Assembly: GCA_051362555.1 (NCBI GenBank) | Contig: CM120649.1 | Coordinates: 7,688,001 to 7,752,000, forward strand | Direction of reading: 5' to 3' | DNA: 64,000 nucleotides | DNA from: Lingula anatina | Lineage: Eukaryota > Animalia > Brachiopoda | In this document: positions 25,400-37,900 of the stretch, piece after piece | How positions within the stretch are numbered: the first letter of the stretch is position 1 | Layout of the letters: each line of letters opens with the position of its first letter | Program-made: the position numbers and the translations under genes | The notes under the pieces: model-generated | The model's database searches: none | Seen by the model: only the letters and a program-made list of their open reading frames with translations | Told to the model about the DNA's origin: nothing

Positions 25400-26170
25400 T
25401 ATAACTTCTAAAATAATGGCCCGATTATGCTGATTTTCGAACTCATCCTGCGTTTTAGTAAGATTGACCACTCCTGTGAGTATAATTACAATTGGCCAAT
25501 CTGTTTTTCTTATATTGTGTTATCAGTGTTGCATTTATATTGAAAATAGTGAAAAAACAGCATAAATTCCCTAAAAATGGCCCAATCATGCTGATTTTCA
25601 AACTTGACCTGCGTATTATGAATATTCATCAGTTCTGTAAGTTTCAAGTCAAAAGGTAAAATGGTTTTCTACTTATCGTGTTATCGGTGCTGCATATATG
25701 CTGAAAAAAGTGAAAAAACAGCATAAATTCCCTTAAAGTGACCCAATCATGCTGATTTTCGAACTCGACCTGCGTATTATGAATATTCATCAGTTCTGTA
25801 AGTTTCAAGTCAAAAGGTAAAATGGTTTTCCACTTATCGTGTTATCGGTGCTGCATATATGCTGAAAAAAGTGAAAAAACAGCATAAATTCCCTTAAAGT
25901 GACCCAATAATGCTGATTTTCGAACTTGACCTGCGTATTATGAATATTCATCAGTTCTGTAAGTTTCAAGTCAAAAGGTAAAATGGTTTTCCACTTATCG
26001 TGTTATCGGTGCTGCATATATGCTGAAAAAAGTGAAAAAACAGCATAAATTCCCTAAAAGTGACCCGATCATGCTGATTTTCGAACTTGACCTGCGTATT
26101 ATGAATATTCATCAGTTCTGCAAGTTTCAAGTCAAAAGGTAAAATGGTTTTCCACTTATCGTGTTATCGG
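25400..26170. repeat. 161-bp satellite, about 4.8 units, inside the Helentron
   Basis: cataaatt recurs at 25561, 25722, 25883 and 26044 (period 161). Confidence 0.9.
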
Positions 26171-26410
26171 TAAAAGTGCACGGCGACGACGGCGACGACG
26201 GCGCCGACGGCGACGACGGCGACGACAGACGCAGATGATGGCTATATGTACAGACACATCTGTGTCTGTACATAAAAAGTTGAAATCCAAAACCTACTAC
26301 TCCACCATTTAAACAGAAGTGTTCTCTCTATTCAGATCAATGCAATTCAATAGCGTGTGTGTCATACATGTACAACTGGTATCAATTTGATTGTGAATAA
26401 TTTCAATTGG

Positions 26411-26415
<5 letters not shown>

Positions 26416-26477
<62 letters not shown>
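26416..26477. repeat. (AT)n microsatellite
   Basis: Direct reading; similar tracts at 29847-29895, (GA)n at 17211-17255 and (GT)n/(GA)n at 3626-3680. Confidence 0.95.
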
Positions 26478-26480
<3 letters not shown>

Positions 26481-28585
26481 TCTTCCTATTTTTTGCATTA
26501 AAAGACGTGATATTTTGTTTGAACAAATTCCCAGAAAATTTAACGACGGAGTTTATACATGGTCAAGACTGTGTTTGATTGGATAAGCAGCGGTCGCTCT
26601 AAAATATATAACCAAACTACGTTTTTCTGTGGGTGGCGTTCATGTATTCCAGTTCACGTAGAGAGAAGCAAGAACTACTTGTACTTGTCCTGTTGATATC
26701 AACGAGTTACTTGCTGGAAAAAATTCCACGAAGCTTGAAGTTGCAAAATCGTGCACGTGCTTATTTTCAGTCACCTTGTTTTCTAACAACTTTCTGCATC
26801 GACCGACAGCGCGACCAAGTACGACACAGGAGAAAAATAATGCCAATCCTTAAAACGTTGTCATAATTATTCGATTTTTGCATGAATGCAGTCTGTTATG
26901 CCCATATTTAATTATTGTTTGGTGTTTCATGGTAAGTGCTGCAATTAAAACAATGTTTTAGGGTCCCTAAAAGACCTTTAAAAACTTTGCATATGTGTGT
27001 GTGTGCTTGTGTGTGTCTTTGTGTGTGTGTCTCTCTCTCTGTGCTTTTAATTAAGTTTTATGATTGGACAGTGCGTCTTTAACACAGTCATTTTCCCCGT
27101 ACGCATTTTAGTCCTGCATAACGTAGTGTGGCTGTTTGAAATTGACTGCCAGTTTCTTCTGACAATTGTGGAAGAATTGAATTGTGGAAGAAATTCTCTC
27201 ACGCCGGAGACAAAATCCTTTTATTTTCATTATTTTAGTTGCATCACAAGATTAATATGGGCGGCCCACAGGGCAAAAATTCATGACGATGTTGGACATG
27301 TCCAAAAGATTCTACGAATAGCCTGCGAACAGCAAGGCCTCAAGCGTAACTTGCTCCCCTCGCAAGGAGTTAGCAAGAGAGACGCGCGTTGTGCAAGACG
27401 CACGTCGCAAGCAATGAAGAAGCAAGTGCTCTCACAACTAACGAACAAAGTCGAGAGCACACCGGGAATGCGTCGCACGTGCGTCATCCCCCGGCTGGTG
27501 TATAAAAGGCGTGCTGAGGACGCACGCTCATATCTTTACAAAGAACATCGACTGTGTAACGTGTACAACAATTTTCAAAATTTTCTAATTTTTGCTCAAT
27601 TTAGTATCTAATATGCCTCCAAGGGGCAAAAGAAAGAACCTTACATAGTAGAAAAAGGGAGGAGGAAGAAGAAAGAAAAGGAGAACAGGAAGCAAAACTG
27701 ACGCACGCCGTCAGTACGTCACCACGTCAACGTGCCAGGAAAGTGTGAAGCAAAACTGACGCAAAAGGGCACTACTTTCGCCGTGCGGTCATCGCTCCTT
27801 GCAATTAGCGCCCGTGCTTGAAAGGACATCTCATGTGGCCCTTGCGACTCGCAAGGCAGATTTTCTTCTACCTCTACGACCTCCTCGGCCTCCGCAACAC
27901 CCAAAATTCGCAGGGGACGTACATGTAAGATCCTGAAATTCGTGCGTCCGGTTGTGACCGAGGTTTACAGGATCGACGAAAATAGACGATTGACGAGAAT
28001 AGTTAGACGATCGACGAAAATAGCGAGAGAATTGGTTTTGGTACACCGTAGATGAGAAATGTTTGACAATTGAAATGACAAGAATAGATGTTGAATTTAT
28101 GATAGGTTAAGATAGGTTTAAACTTGAAACTGAATCGATGGGAAGGCAGTGAATCGACGAAACATAACTGAATCGACGTCATAAATTTTGCCCTTTTGGC
28201 CGCCCATAGATTCACATGCCATATTTATAATATTCCCCACGTCTCAGATCATTTTTGGTACTAAATTAAACACCTATTACATGTTTTCTCTATGAGAATT
28301 AGTGTGTTTTAGTTGCCCTAACGCTGTGCTGTAAATACTGTGTCAATACACAAACACGACAATACCTGCACGCGAACTTATTGATCTTATAGTTGTTTGT
28401 CAGTGCGCTTAGATACACGTATCAGCGCCTAAATAATAGTGAAAGAAGGAAGTATACATTTTAAGCAAGGAGCCTGATTACAAATCTAGAAAAAATCTAC
28501 ACTGCATCTTCAAGTGTCTTTAACCCTTTTAATGTGATAATAGCTAGACTATATCATGAACATATAGCATGTATATTGAACTTAC

Positions 28586-28900
28586 CGTAAGTTGAATTAG
28601 ATCGAAATACATGTATACTTGTGCCGAGCGGCTTAGGCCTACTTCTTGACCTAATGGCGTTTTCTCGCAAAGAGTTGTACTTCTGTCTGTGTACTTCTAT
28701 ATCTCTAAAATCTAGTTGAACTAAGAATATAAACAGTGTTTGACATAGATGAATTGTTCAGCACTGTTAATCAGCAGCAGTAAGCGTATTTATGTGCACT
28801 CTGTCTGATATCCACACGAAGTATGAAAGGGAGGATGACGTCATCTGGGAATTTTTGAAGGGAAACTTTTTCAGTAACTTGAAAGGAAAAACTCTCGAAA
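28586..28900 (-). promoter_or_regulatory. Putative non-coding first exon and promoter of NLR-like copy 2
   Basis: Donor G|GTAAGT at 28586/28585; ATGACGTCAT at 28835-28844; GGGAATTTTT at 28847-28856 followed by GGGAAACTTT. Confidence 0.45.
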
Positions 28901-29301
28901 TTTGGAAACAAACTGCAATTGTCAACCCTTTTGAATGGATATGGTTGTTTCAAGAGGACTAAGTGACCTCTTTTTTTATATGATAACCAAAATAAACGTT
29001 GTTTGCAATACACAATATCCTAAATATAACTTGACCTCAATAAGGTCATGGTGTGTTCAAGGTCATCGTATTCTCGTCAACAAAATGACATCCCTTCTCA
29101 TATCAGCACAGCACAGCGTTTCTCCTACATTGTCGTTAAGTATAATGTCACAGGACATTCGGACCTGTTATCCCTTTCTTTTTTGCTCTGTGCTGGACTG
29201 TAGTAGCTAACAGAAACCTGACATAAATCAAGGAGAAGTTATTGTCAATGGACTGCCATTTGTTTACTATTACGGTCCAACAGCATATGACGTGCGTTGT
29301 A

Positions 29302-29679
29302 AACCCCCCGTTACACTTATTCAGAATCAGCAGGAATCAAGCAGAATGAGCCTAAATGAAAAATTTCCAAAATTCGCACCAGATGTTTTGCTCTTTCCAC
29401 TGGAATGGTAACTGATCAGAATGTTTTGAATGTTGCCAGAATGCCGTGAGGATATTTAAAGTGCAGTCATAGATAACATGCTATTCAAATGCCATTCAAT
29501 AATTTTCCACTTGGAATGCACTTCGAAAGATTTTAACTTTCGGGCCGACCACAAGAATGGGTAAAAATATTTGGAATGCGCTCTGAATTTTTATAATGCT
29601 CTTCGAATATCCAGGGACGCACAAAGAATTGTCTTTCCGACGCCATTCTTGCTCATTCCGCCTCTAGTGTGACGGGAGT
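29302..29679. mobile_element. MITE (Harbinger-like)
   Basis: accccccgttacact ... agtgtgacgggagt inverted termini with internal gaatg/cattc sub-repeats. Confidence 0.6.
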
Positions 29680-29844
29680 ACATGTATAAACGAACGGCAC
29701 ACATACCCGGTACATCAAGTGACCAAAGTAACAAGTCTTACCAGTCACCCGAACGACAGTTTCAGGCTTTGCGTTTCTTTTTTCGATGTGATACGTATCA
29801 TTAACTTAAAATGTTTCGTGAATATCTAGCTTGTTCGGTTAGGA

Positions 29845-29897
<53 letters not shown>

Positions 29898-31700
29898 CCC
29901 CACCCCACCCCCGGGCCCATACTTATTTAATCCCAAGGTTGGAAAGTACTGTAGGTAGTCTGGCTCGGGAGAAATGCCACTATCTCCACATCTGGTTTCT
30001 ATCAGTTTTCTTCAGAGTTTGGGACAAATATATAAAGCTCCTCAGGTTGGGAAATCAGGAGGGGGTGGGGGTGGGGTAAAAAATTGTTGACAGGCGTGTC
30101 TTCTCAATATGGAAACTTCTAATTTTGGTAATTTCATTTTAAACATTTACAAACATAATGAATTCTCTTTTTCGTTTTAATGTAATTTTTCACACATTTC
30201 TGTAATTATCGCCTGAATTTAAATACTAATGCGAAATGCCACACTTTGATTTCCTAGAATAACGAGAGAAAGAGAGAGACGAAGAGAGAGATAGAGAGCC
30301 GAAGAGAGAGAGAGCGAGAGAGGGGAGTTTAAGGGCCTTTTAAATTGTACATGATCCTGCGCCCCCTCTCCCTTTGTTGGGAAAATTACGGCTTCTCAGA
30401 CCAGGGAATCTTTTGCTTTCCTCCTTTTTTTTCGTTTAACTTTTACATATTAAAGTGAAAACGTTTCCTTTTCATATAAATGTAATTCTTCACACATTTC
30501 TTTCAATGGCCCGAACTAGAGGGGCTTGTTATATATTCGGACTACACTCACGTCGGGCTCTCAGAAGTGTCCATGGACGTCCGTAGAAAATTTTTCAGGG
30601 GGGGGGGGTCAAAGTCACTATTCTATATCCCCTTACCCTGTGATGGTCCCCATGAAGGAATAGTTTTTCAAATAAATAGATTTTTCATCATTTTCGCCAC
30701 ATCAAGATCATAAGCGACATAAAAGATTCCACTGTTGTCGGATTTCTGCAGCTGCTGGTATTTTATCTTTTATGTCAAACAAAGTACTAGAACCATATGG
30801 CACCTTGCATGTGCAGGTTATATATAAACACAAATGTACACGAAGATACGGCCAATAGGATATGCAAGAACAATTTGGCGAGAGTTTGCACAGAGAAATG
30901 TCCTAACTCTGATATTGTCAGAGAGGGCTCCGTCAGTTAAAATCTTTTAAGAGATTTTAACAAAAAATCAAGCTCTTAGGGAAAAAAAAACCTAGACTAA
31001 CTTTGAAATATATATAATATTATTATGATAACAGAGAAAAGAAATGCGTGTGCAAGGTAATGTAAAAAGCAACGCTGTCAAATATTGGATAAAACTAAAG
31101 ATAAGTTTATTATACATCTCTTGGACTGTCATTGGCTATGTGTACATTTCTCCAAGTGAATATTTTCATATCGATATACATATTAATTGTATAAATTTTA
31201 CGTATTATTCTCAGCATCTTTAATAATGTTAATGTAATACACACACTGTTACCATGGATCCCAAATGGATGCTGTAAATCAACCAATGAGATATGTAGTC
31301 ACATCTGAATTTTCCCAATATGCAACACTAATTGCCCTGGAAGTTAGTAACACTTCCACTAATTGGTTGAGCTACTGCATTAACAACTAATCAAATAAGC
31401 AAGCACTTGAACACTTAAGACAACCGTTTTCCCCAACTTTCATCTGGAAATAAAGCTACGGCACATGTTCTGATTATGCTAGATAACTTTTACGACAAAC
31501 AAGTAACATTTACATGGTTTTCTTTAAGAAAACTTTTCAATCACCAGAACAGAAATGTCAAAATTTCATCGAAATTAACAATAGAGAAGAATAATCCAAA
31601 GCCTTATTTTCTATTACCTACAGTTTTCCCATTAGTTGTCCAATTCCCACAATACCGGTAGAATAATATCTAACTGGCTGTTATTTTACTGAAGTAATTC

Positions 31701-32044
31701 TGTGACGATGTAGTGTGTTAGATGAGATCATTTTATATTGCTACCGGTAGATGTCTCTGTAAGTAAAGTGTTGTCCGGTGTGCAAGTTTGAATCTCTCCC
31801 GTGATTGGTAACCTAAAGGTAAAACTGTTCACTGTATAGTTGGTTCTGATTGGTAAACGTGTACTATCTGAACTTGTATATAAGGTGTAACGTGAAATAA
31901 ATCGCCCTCTTTGGCCTCTTTGCTCTTAGCGGCTGTCTTTTGCTCTTCTCTTGAAGCTTTTTGGCTTTGTGTTTAACTCTGAGATACCAGTAAGTACATT
32001 GTTATTTGTACCTTCATAAGGCACTCGGCCGCGAAGGCGTAACA
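31701..32044 (+). repeat. 5' LTR
   Basis: TGTGACG...CGTAACA; ATTGG boxes, TATATAA at 31877, AATAAA at 31896, GTAAGT at 31990. Confidence 0.97.
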
Positions 32045-32046
32045 AT

Positions 32047-32064
32047 TGGCGCAGTCGACAGGAT
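32047..32064 (+). promoter_or_regulatory. Primer-binding site, complementary to a tRNA-Ser 3' end
   Basis: TGGCGCAGTCGACAGGAT; the reverse complement ATCCTGTCGACTGCGCCA resembles eukaryotic tRNA-Ser 3' ends. Confidence 0.8.
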
Positions 32065-32981
32065 AGAGTTTGTGTAGCTTACGACAGGATAGAGTTTGTG
32101 TTGCTTATTAATTGAAAGGATACAATTTGTGTAGCATATGTTGTTAAATTGACAGAATTCAATTTGTGTAGCTAACGTTGTCAGTTTACGGGATAGAATT
32201 TGTGTAGCTTATGTAGTTAGCAGATATAATTAGTAGTTATTAGTGATATTGGAATTTTTGAAAAGCTTTGTGTATGGCTGAGTGAGAGTTGGAAAGATAG
32301 TGACACGTGTTAGTCGGGACTTGTTGCAAGACGCGAACTAGTCGGAACATATTGCAGTGATATTTCATTTTTATTGTTGTTTGATACTCGCGGCAATTTA
32401 GTAAATATTGTCAAAGTAGCATTCATTTTAGTACTTTAGAGATATTTTGTATTAATTTTCTGTTGTGATACTACAATTGCAGAGACATTGTGAACCACGT
32501 GTAGTGAGTAGTAGTCGGACAGACCACGTGTAATTACAGGCCCGTGCGCACAGAGCCTTATGTTGTAATTAGAATACAGAACATAATTTAGTGAGTTTAT
32601 TTACAAAGAAAAGCATTTATTTAAAATAAAGGTTTCAAATTTGTGTTTTTCACTGACTTGCTGAATGAAGGAGTGAGTGTGAATTGTTTATTGTATATTT
32701 TTATCAATATTGCAATAGCATATATTGATAGAGTACTATTCTACCTTGTTCGTCTGTGTTGAAAGTGTTTCATCATAGGTGTACATGTGAGTAGGTTGAA
32801 TAGTGTGAGAAATTTGTTTGTATTTACTGTGAAGTTTAGTAGTGGCTTTTTTGCTGAAACTTTCTTCAAACAGTAAAGTGTGGTAGTGGTGAAAGTATTT
32901 TATTGTGTAGTTTTTGTGGCACAGCTGCATTGCTATTATCAATAAAATTGTGTAATAGGTTGTGGGAAACTAGAAGTGAAA

Positions 32982-34946
32982 ATGGCGTCGGGTAGTGTAG
33001 AAAGTAGTGTTGTGTTGAATGTGCAGACAGCGTCTGAGACAGAATTGAAAAATTTGAAAGGAATTGGTCCAGTGAAAGCTCATAGATTGGTGTCTTTGAG
33101 AAATCAAAAAGGAAAATTGCTGTTGAGTGATTTGGAAGAAATTACTGGTATTAGTGTAGCAGAATGGCAGAAATGGGAAAAGAAGGGTAATGTGATTCTG
33201 GGTGTAATGGAAGAAAAAGATGAAGGTTCAAAAGTTGGAGATGAGAAAAAGGAAGAGAGTGTGAATTGGGAAGAAAAGTATAGAAAGTTGATGGAGCGAG
33301 TGAAGGTACAAAATGAAATGATATCAAATCTTCGAGATGAGGTTGAAGAAGCGGGAGAAAAGATGGAATTTTTATCAAGTGAATTGGAAATAAATGATGC
33401 TAAAGTGAAAAAGTTGGAAAATGAAAAGAGTGAATGGGAAAAAGAGAAATATGCTTTGGAAAATGAAAAGTATAGTTTGGAAAATGAGAAGTGTGATTTG
33501 AAAAATGAAAATGATATGTTGAAAGAAAGAAATGTGAAAATTCAGAGTGAGTTGGGAAAAACTAAACAAGTGTTGATGAAAAAAGAAATGGAAATGGAAG
33601 AAGAGTGTAGAGAGTATTCCACAAAAGAAATGATGTTACATGCTCAGGTTGAAACACAGAATGAATTGTTGAGAAAACGAGTAGAAAGTTTGCAGAAGTG
33701 TGAAATTGAAAAAATGGATTTGAAATTGCAATTGGATGAAATGACAGCACGTCATAATCATTTGCAAACTCAGTATGAAAGAATGCATTTACAGCATGAT
33801 TTAGAAAAAATCCCAAGACCAACTCCTAGAGATATTAAAAGTAGTAGACCCACACCTGCACCTAGAAGTAGTAAAAAGAAAAGTTTGGAAACCCCTGTGA
33901 AAAAACCAATACTGAAACTAGCAGAGAGTGAAAGTGATAGCGAAAGTGAAAGTGAATCTGAATGTGAACAGAAAAGAGTTCCTTTAGTTGAAAGAGAAAA
34001 AGGACCTGTTCATAAAATGCCTAGTTTTAGTGGGAATGGAAGAGAAAACTGGGAAGCTTTTGTATTTAAGTTTGAAGGAATGGCAGAAAGATATGGATGG
34101 AATGATAAAAGGAAAACTAGCAGAATGATTGAATGTTTGGAAGATAGAGCTCTTGAGTATGCGGTGGAGTTTGGAAATTGCAAATATAAACGTTTGAAAG
34201 AAGTGATGTCAAAACGTTTTAGTATGAAAGAGTCTGCTTCATCTGCACGCAGAGCACTTCAATCAATGAGGCAGGGTGAAAGTGAATCTTTGCAAGATTT
34301 TGCTCATCGTGTGTTCATGGCATCTAGAGAGGGATATACAGAAGGTGGTGAAGGAATAGCTGTGGATTCATTTTTAAGAGGGTGTCGTGACAAAGAATCT
34401 GCAAAATTGGCTATGGATAAAGAGCCTAAAGATTTATTTGAAGCGTTAGAGTTTGTGAAAGTTGCAAACAATAACTTCAAAGCAGTGTATGGTACAGGTG
34501 GAAGAAATGTGCATATTAGACAAGTTGGAATGTCTGATCAGAGTGTGGAGAATGGAAGTGGAAATCAATTACTCTACAACATGCAAAGAACCATGTCTGC
34601 AATGTGTGATCAGATGAAAAGAATGAATGACGCATGGGTGTCACCGTCGAATTCTCAGAGAAATTCTGGTAGAATGGTAAAGTCGCCCCAGAATGGAAAC
34701 ATAAATCAAAGTAGAGGGGGTCCACCACAATGTTTTAAATGTGGAGAAAGAGGTCATGTTCAAAGGGATTGTAAGAATGAAAATGTAGAACATCCACCTA
34801 ATCCCAATGTTAGTAAAAATGCCAGCCCAAGTTCTATTTTGATTTGTAATAAATGTGGACAAAGAGGTCACATTCAAACAAATTGCCCTCAAAATAGAGA
34901 AATGCCAAAGAATCCTCCTCCCGGTGCAAGAAATTCGGTAAACTAG
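32982..34946 (+). CDS. gag: Gag with N-terminal helix-hairpin-helix, coiled coil, capsid-like region and two CCHC knuckles
   Basis: LNVQTASETELKNLKGIGPVKA (HhH); FSGNGRENWEAF..F...W; RQGESESLQDFAHRV; CFKCGERGHVQRDC and CNKCGQRGHIQTNC. Confidence 0.92.
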   Translation: MASGSVESSVVLNVQTASETELKNLKGIGPVKAHRLVSLRNQKGKLLLSDLEEITGISVAEWQKWEKKGNVILGVMEEKDEGSKVGDEKKEESVNWEEKYRKLMERVKVQNEMISNLRDEVEEAGEKMEFLSSELEINDAKVKKLENEKSEWEKEKYALENEKYSLENEKCDLKNENDMLKERNVKIQSELGKTKQVLMKKEMEMEEECREYSTKEMMLHAQVETQNELLRKRVESLQKCEIEKMDLKLQLDEMTARHNHLQTQYERMHLQHDLEKIPRPTPRDIKSSRPTPAPRSSKKKSLETPVKKPILKLAESESDSESESESECEQKRVPLVEREKGPVHKMPSFSGNGRENWEAFVFKFEGMAERYGWNDKRKTSRMIECLEDRALEYAVEFGNCKYKRLKEVMSKRFSMKESASSARRALQSMRQGESESLQDFAHRVFMASREGYTEGGEGIAVDSFLRGCRDKESAKLAMDKEPKDLFEALEFVKVANNNFKAVYGTGGRNVHIRQVGMSDQSVENGSGNQLLYNMQRTMSAMCDQMKRMNDAWVSPSNSQRNSGRMVKSPQNGNINQSRGGPPQCFKCGERGHVQRDCKNENVEHPPNPNVSKNASPSSILICNKCGQRGHIQTNCPQNREMPKNPPPGARNSVN

Positions 34947-34957
34947 AACGGGACGAA

Positions 34958-37900
34958 TTGACCGACCGGATTTCGGATCCCTTACTTCATGTTGAAGGTC
35001 GGATTATGGATAGTGGAAATGTGAAAATGATGAATGTTGGAGAGTTAGTAGGAGAAAATTTTGTGATTCCTGTTAGTGTAGGTGGTGTGAAAACATTAGC
35101 AGTTGTGGATACGGCAGCTCAATTTACTATCGTAAATAAAAGATTTTATAGTAAATTGCAGGGTGTGCCTGAGTTTTGTGAGACTCTGAAATTAATGCTT
35201 GCTGGAAAAAATGCATTTATGATGGGTCATAGAGTAGAAAATTTGAGTATTGAGATAGATGGGATAGAATATAAGGAAAATGTGTATGTTGCAGATTTGC
35301 AAGAAGGAATTGATATGTTGTTGGGATTGAAGTTTTTGAAGGAGAGAAATTGTGTGGTGAATTTAGTTGATCAAACATTGATCATTGGAGAAAAATGTGT
35401 GCAGGGAAGCATAGAAGTTGAAGGTGACTCTGATTTGAGTAAAGTGAATGGTGAGACAGAAGCTAAAAGTGATGAGAAATGTATTGATGAAATGGAGAGA
35501 GAAGTTGAACATTGTGAAAATATGGTGAGAACGAAAAAGAGAATAGTAGTTCCTCCATTGACGGTGATGAAAATTTCTGTTTGTGCAGATTATGAGTTAG
35601 AGAAAAAGAAAGAGTATGTGATAGAACCTTGTGTTGATAGACAAGTGTTGGTATCTTGTGCATTAGTTAAAGGTGATGATGTTGTTCCTATAGAGATAGT
35701 GAATGATGGAGAAAGAAATGCTGTTTTGAAAGCAGGTAGTGTGTTAGGTGTTATTAAGGAAGTTGAGACAGTTGATTCTGAAGTGAGATGTGAAGATGTA
35801 GATGGAAAAGCTAGGGTGTCTGCTGTGAATAAAGTTGAAATGAAGTTGAATATAGATGAAAATGTGGATAAAGAAGTGATGAGAAGTTTGAAAAGAGATT
35901 TGCCTGAACATTTGCAAGATTTATTTGAAAGATCAAGTGAGGAGCTTGATTCAAATGAAATGGTTGCATTGTGTGAAACTTTGAGAGATTATGAAGATGT
36001 ATTTGCAAAGCATGATCTTGATTTAGGGTGCATGAAAGGTGTTAAACATACTATTAACACTGGTAGTGCAGCTCCTGTGAAACAGAAATTGCGTAGAACT
36101 CCATTGGGAATGGAAGGAGAAGAGAGAAAGATGCTTGAAAAGTTGTTAGCTTCTGATGTTATTCAGCCATCAAATTCTGAATGGGCATCCCCACCAGTAT
36201 TGATAAGAAAGAAAGATGGAAGTGTTAGATGGTGTGTGGATTACAGGGAATTAAATAAGAAAACTATCAAAGATTCTTATCCTATTCCAAACATTGGTGA
36301 TTGTTTAGATTGTCTGGCTGGAAATCAGTTTTTGAGTTTGATTGATATGGCTCAAGGATATTTTCAAATTGAAATTGATGAGAAAGACAGAAATAAAACT
36401 GCTTTTATCACCAGGTATGGTCTGTATGAGCATAAGAGAATGGCTATGGGACTTACCAATTCTCCTGCAAGTTTTTCAAGAGCAATGCAGTTAGTATTGA
36501 GAGGTTTGACTTGGGAGAAAGTGTTAGTGTATCTGGATGATATCACAGTGTTGGGAAAGAATTTTGAAGATCATCTTAAGAATTTGAAAGAGGTTTTGGA
36601 GAGATTGCGTTCTTACAACTTGAAGTTAAAGCCTAAGAAATGTTTTCTTTTCCAAACAAAGTGTGAATTCTTAGGAAAGTCGATTAGTAGAGAAGGTGTT
36701 GGTATAACTGAGAGTAAGATTGATTGTGTTAGAAAGTGGCCAGTACCTACAAACAAAAAGGAAGTTGAAACATTCCTTGGTTTCATCAATTATCATAGAG
36801 ATCATATTCCTCAATTTGCTGAGAAAACTGCTTGTTTGTATGAGTTGACAGGGAATAAAAGTGTTTTCAATTGGTCAGATGAACATCAAATAGCATTTGA
36901 AAGTTTAAAACAAGAGTTAACAACTGCCCCTTGTTTAGCCTTTCCTTTGTCTGAAGGTGAATTTATACTTGATACAGATGCATCATATTCATGTATAGGA
37001 GCAGAACTTTCACAGATACAACATGGTGAAGAGAAGGTTATTGCTTATGGAAGTAAAATTATGTCACCTATACAGCGGCGTTATTGTACAACTAGAAAAG
37101 AGCTCTTGGCTGTTGTAAACTTCTGTAGACAATATAGACATTATTTGTTGGGAAGAAAGTTCAGAATCCGAACAGATCATCATAGTTTAGTGTGGTTGTT
37201 AGGATTTAAAAACCCAGATGGTCAGTTAGCAAGATGGTTAGAAGAATTATCTCAGTATAATTTTACCATTGAACATAGACCAGGAAAGAAGCATGGAAAT
37301 GCAGATGCATTATCAAGAATACCTTTAGTTATGAAAGTGTGTGATTGTTATAAAGTTGGAGTGAAATTGAGTGACTTACCCTGTGGAGGATGTCATTATT
37401 GTCAGAGAGTACATAAAAATTGGTCAAGGTTTGAGACTGATGTGAATGATGTAATTCCTCTGGGAAATAAGAAATCAGATGACAATGTAGTTGAATCGAA
37501 TGCAGTTGGTGATATGAAGAATGAAACAAATTGTGAGAAATTGAGTTCAGTTTTGATGTGTCAGAGGGCTGATACAAATGATAAAACTGACAAGAATGAA
37601 AGAGATGAATTATGCAATTGGTTGAAAGGATATGACTTGAAAAAATTGCAGAGAAAAGATGCAGATTTGAAAATAATCATAGGTTGGTTAGAGAATGGTG
37701 AACCTAAAGAATCAGAGTTGTATTTGTGTAGTATGGCAGTAAAAGGATTGTGGAATTGCAAAGAGCAATTGATTCTTTTGAATGATGTGTTATATTACAA
37801 ATGGGAAAAGAGAGAGGATAGAAATTTGTGTTTAATAGTACCAAAAGATTTGGTCAACGAAGTTTTATTTTTCTGTCATGATTCAAAAACAGCTGGTCAT

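Larger units (their letters stand above)
24234..26278 (-). mobile_element. Non-autonomous Helentron (DINE-1/HINE-like) carrying tandem repeats
   Basis: Minus-strand 5' end TTTTT + hairpin TATGTACAGACACA-GA-TGTGTCTGTACATA + (CGTCGTCGC)n microsatellite; subterminal copy ATGTACAGACA at 24256-24266; terminal stem-loop gacagc-ttt-gctgcc then TTGTT. Confidence 0.8.
1200..29300. other. Tandem segmental duplication (unit A about 1.2-12.1 kb, unit B about 15.9-29.3 kb) carrying the two NLR-like genes
   Basis: Collinear non-coding matches: 1219 cgtttcctgtaa / 15883; 1380-1440 / 16255-16320; 1940-2045 / 16720-16820; 3050 / 17670; 3480-3630 / 18330-18480; 11810-12060 / 29030-29270. Confidence 0.85.

Noticed and set aside
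27060-27611. 183-aa ORF and other short ORFs in 3.7-5.0 kb and 27-28 kb
   Set aside because: No recognisable motifs; they lie in GC-rich dispersed repeats where chance ORFs are expected.
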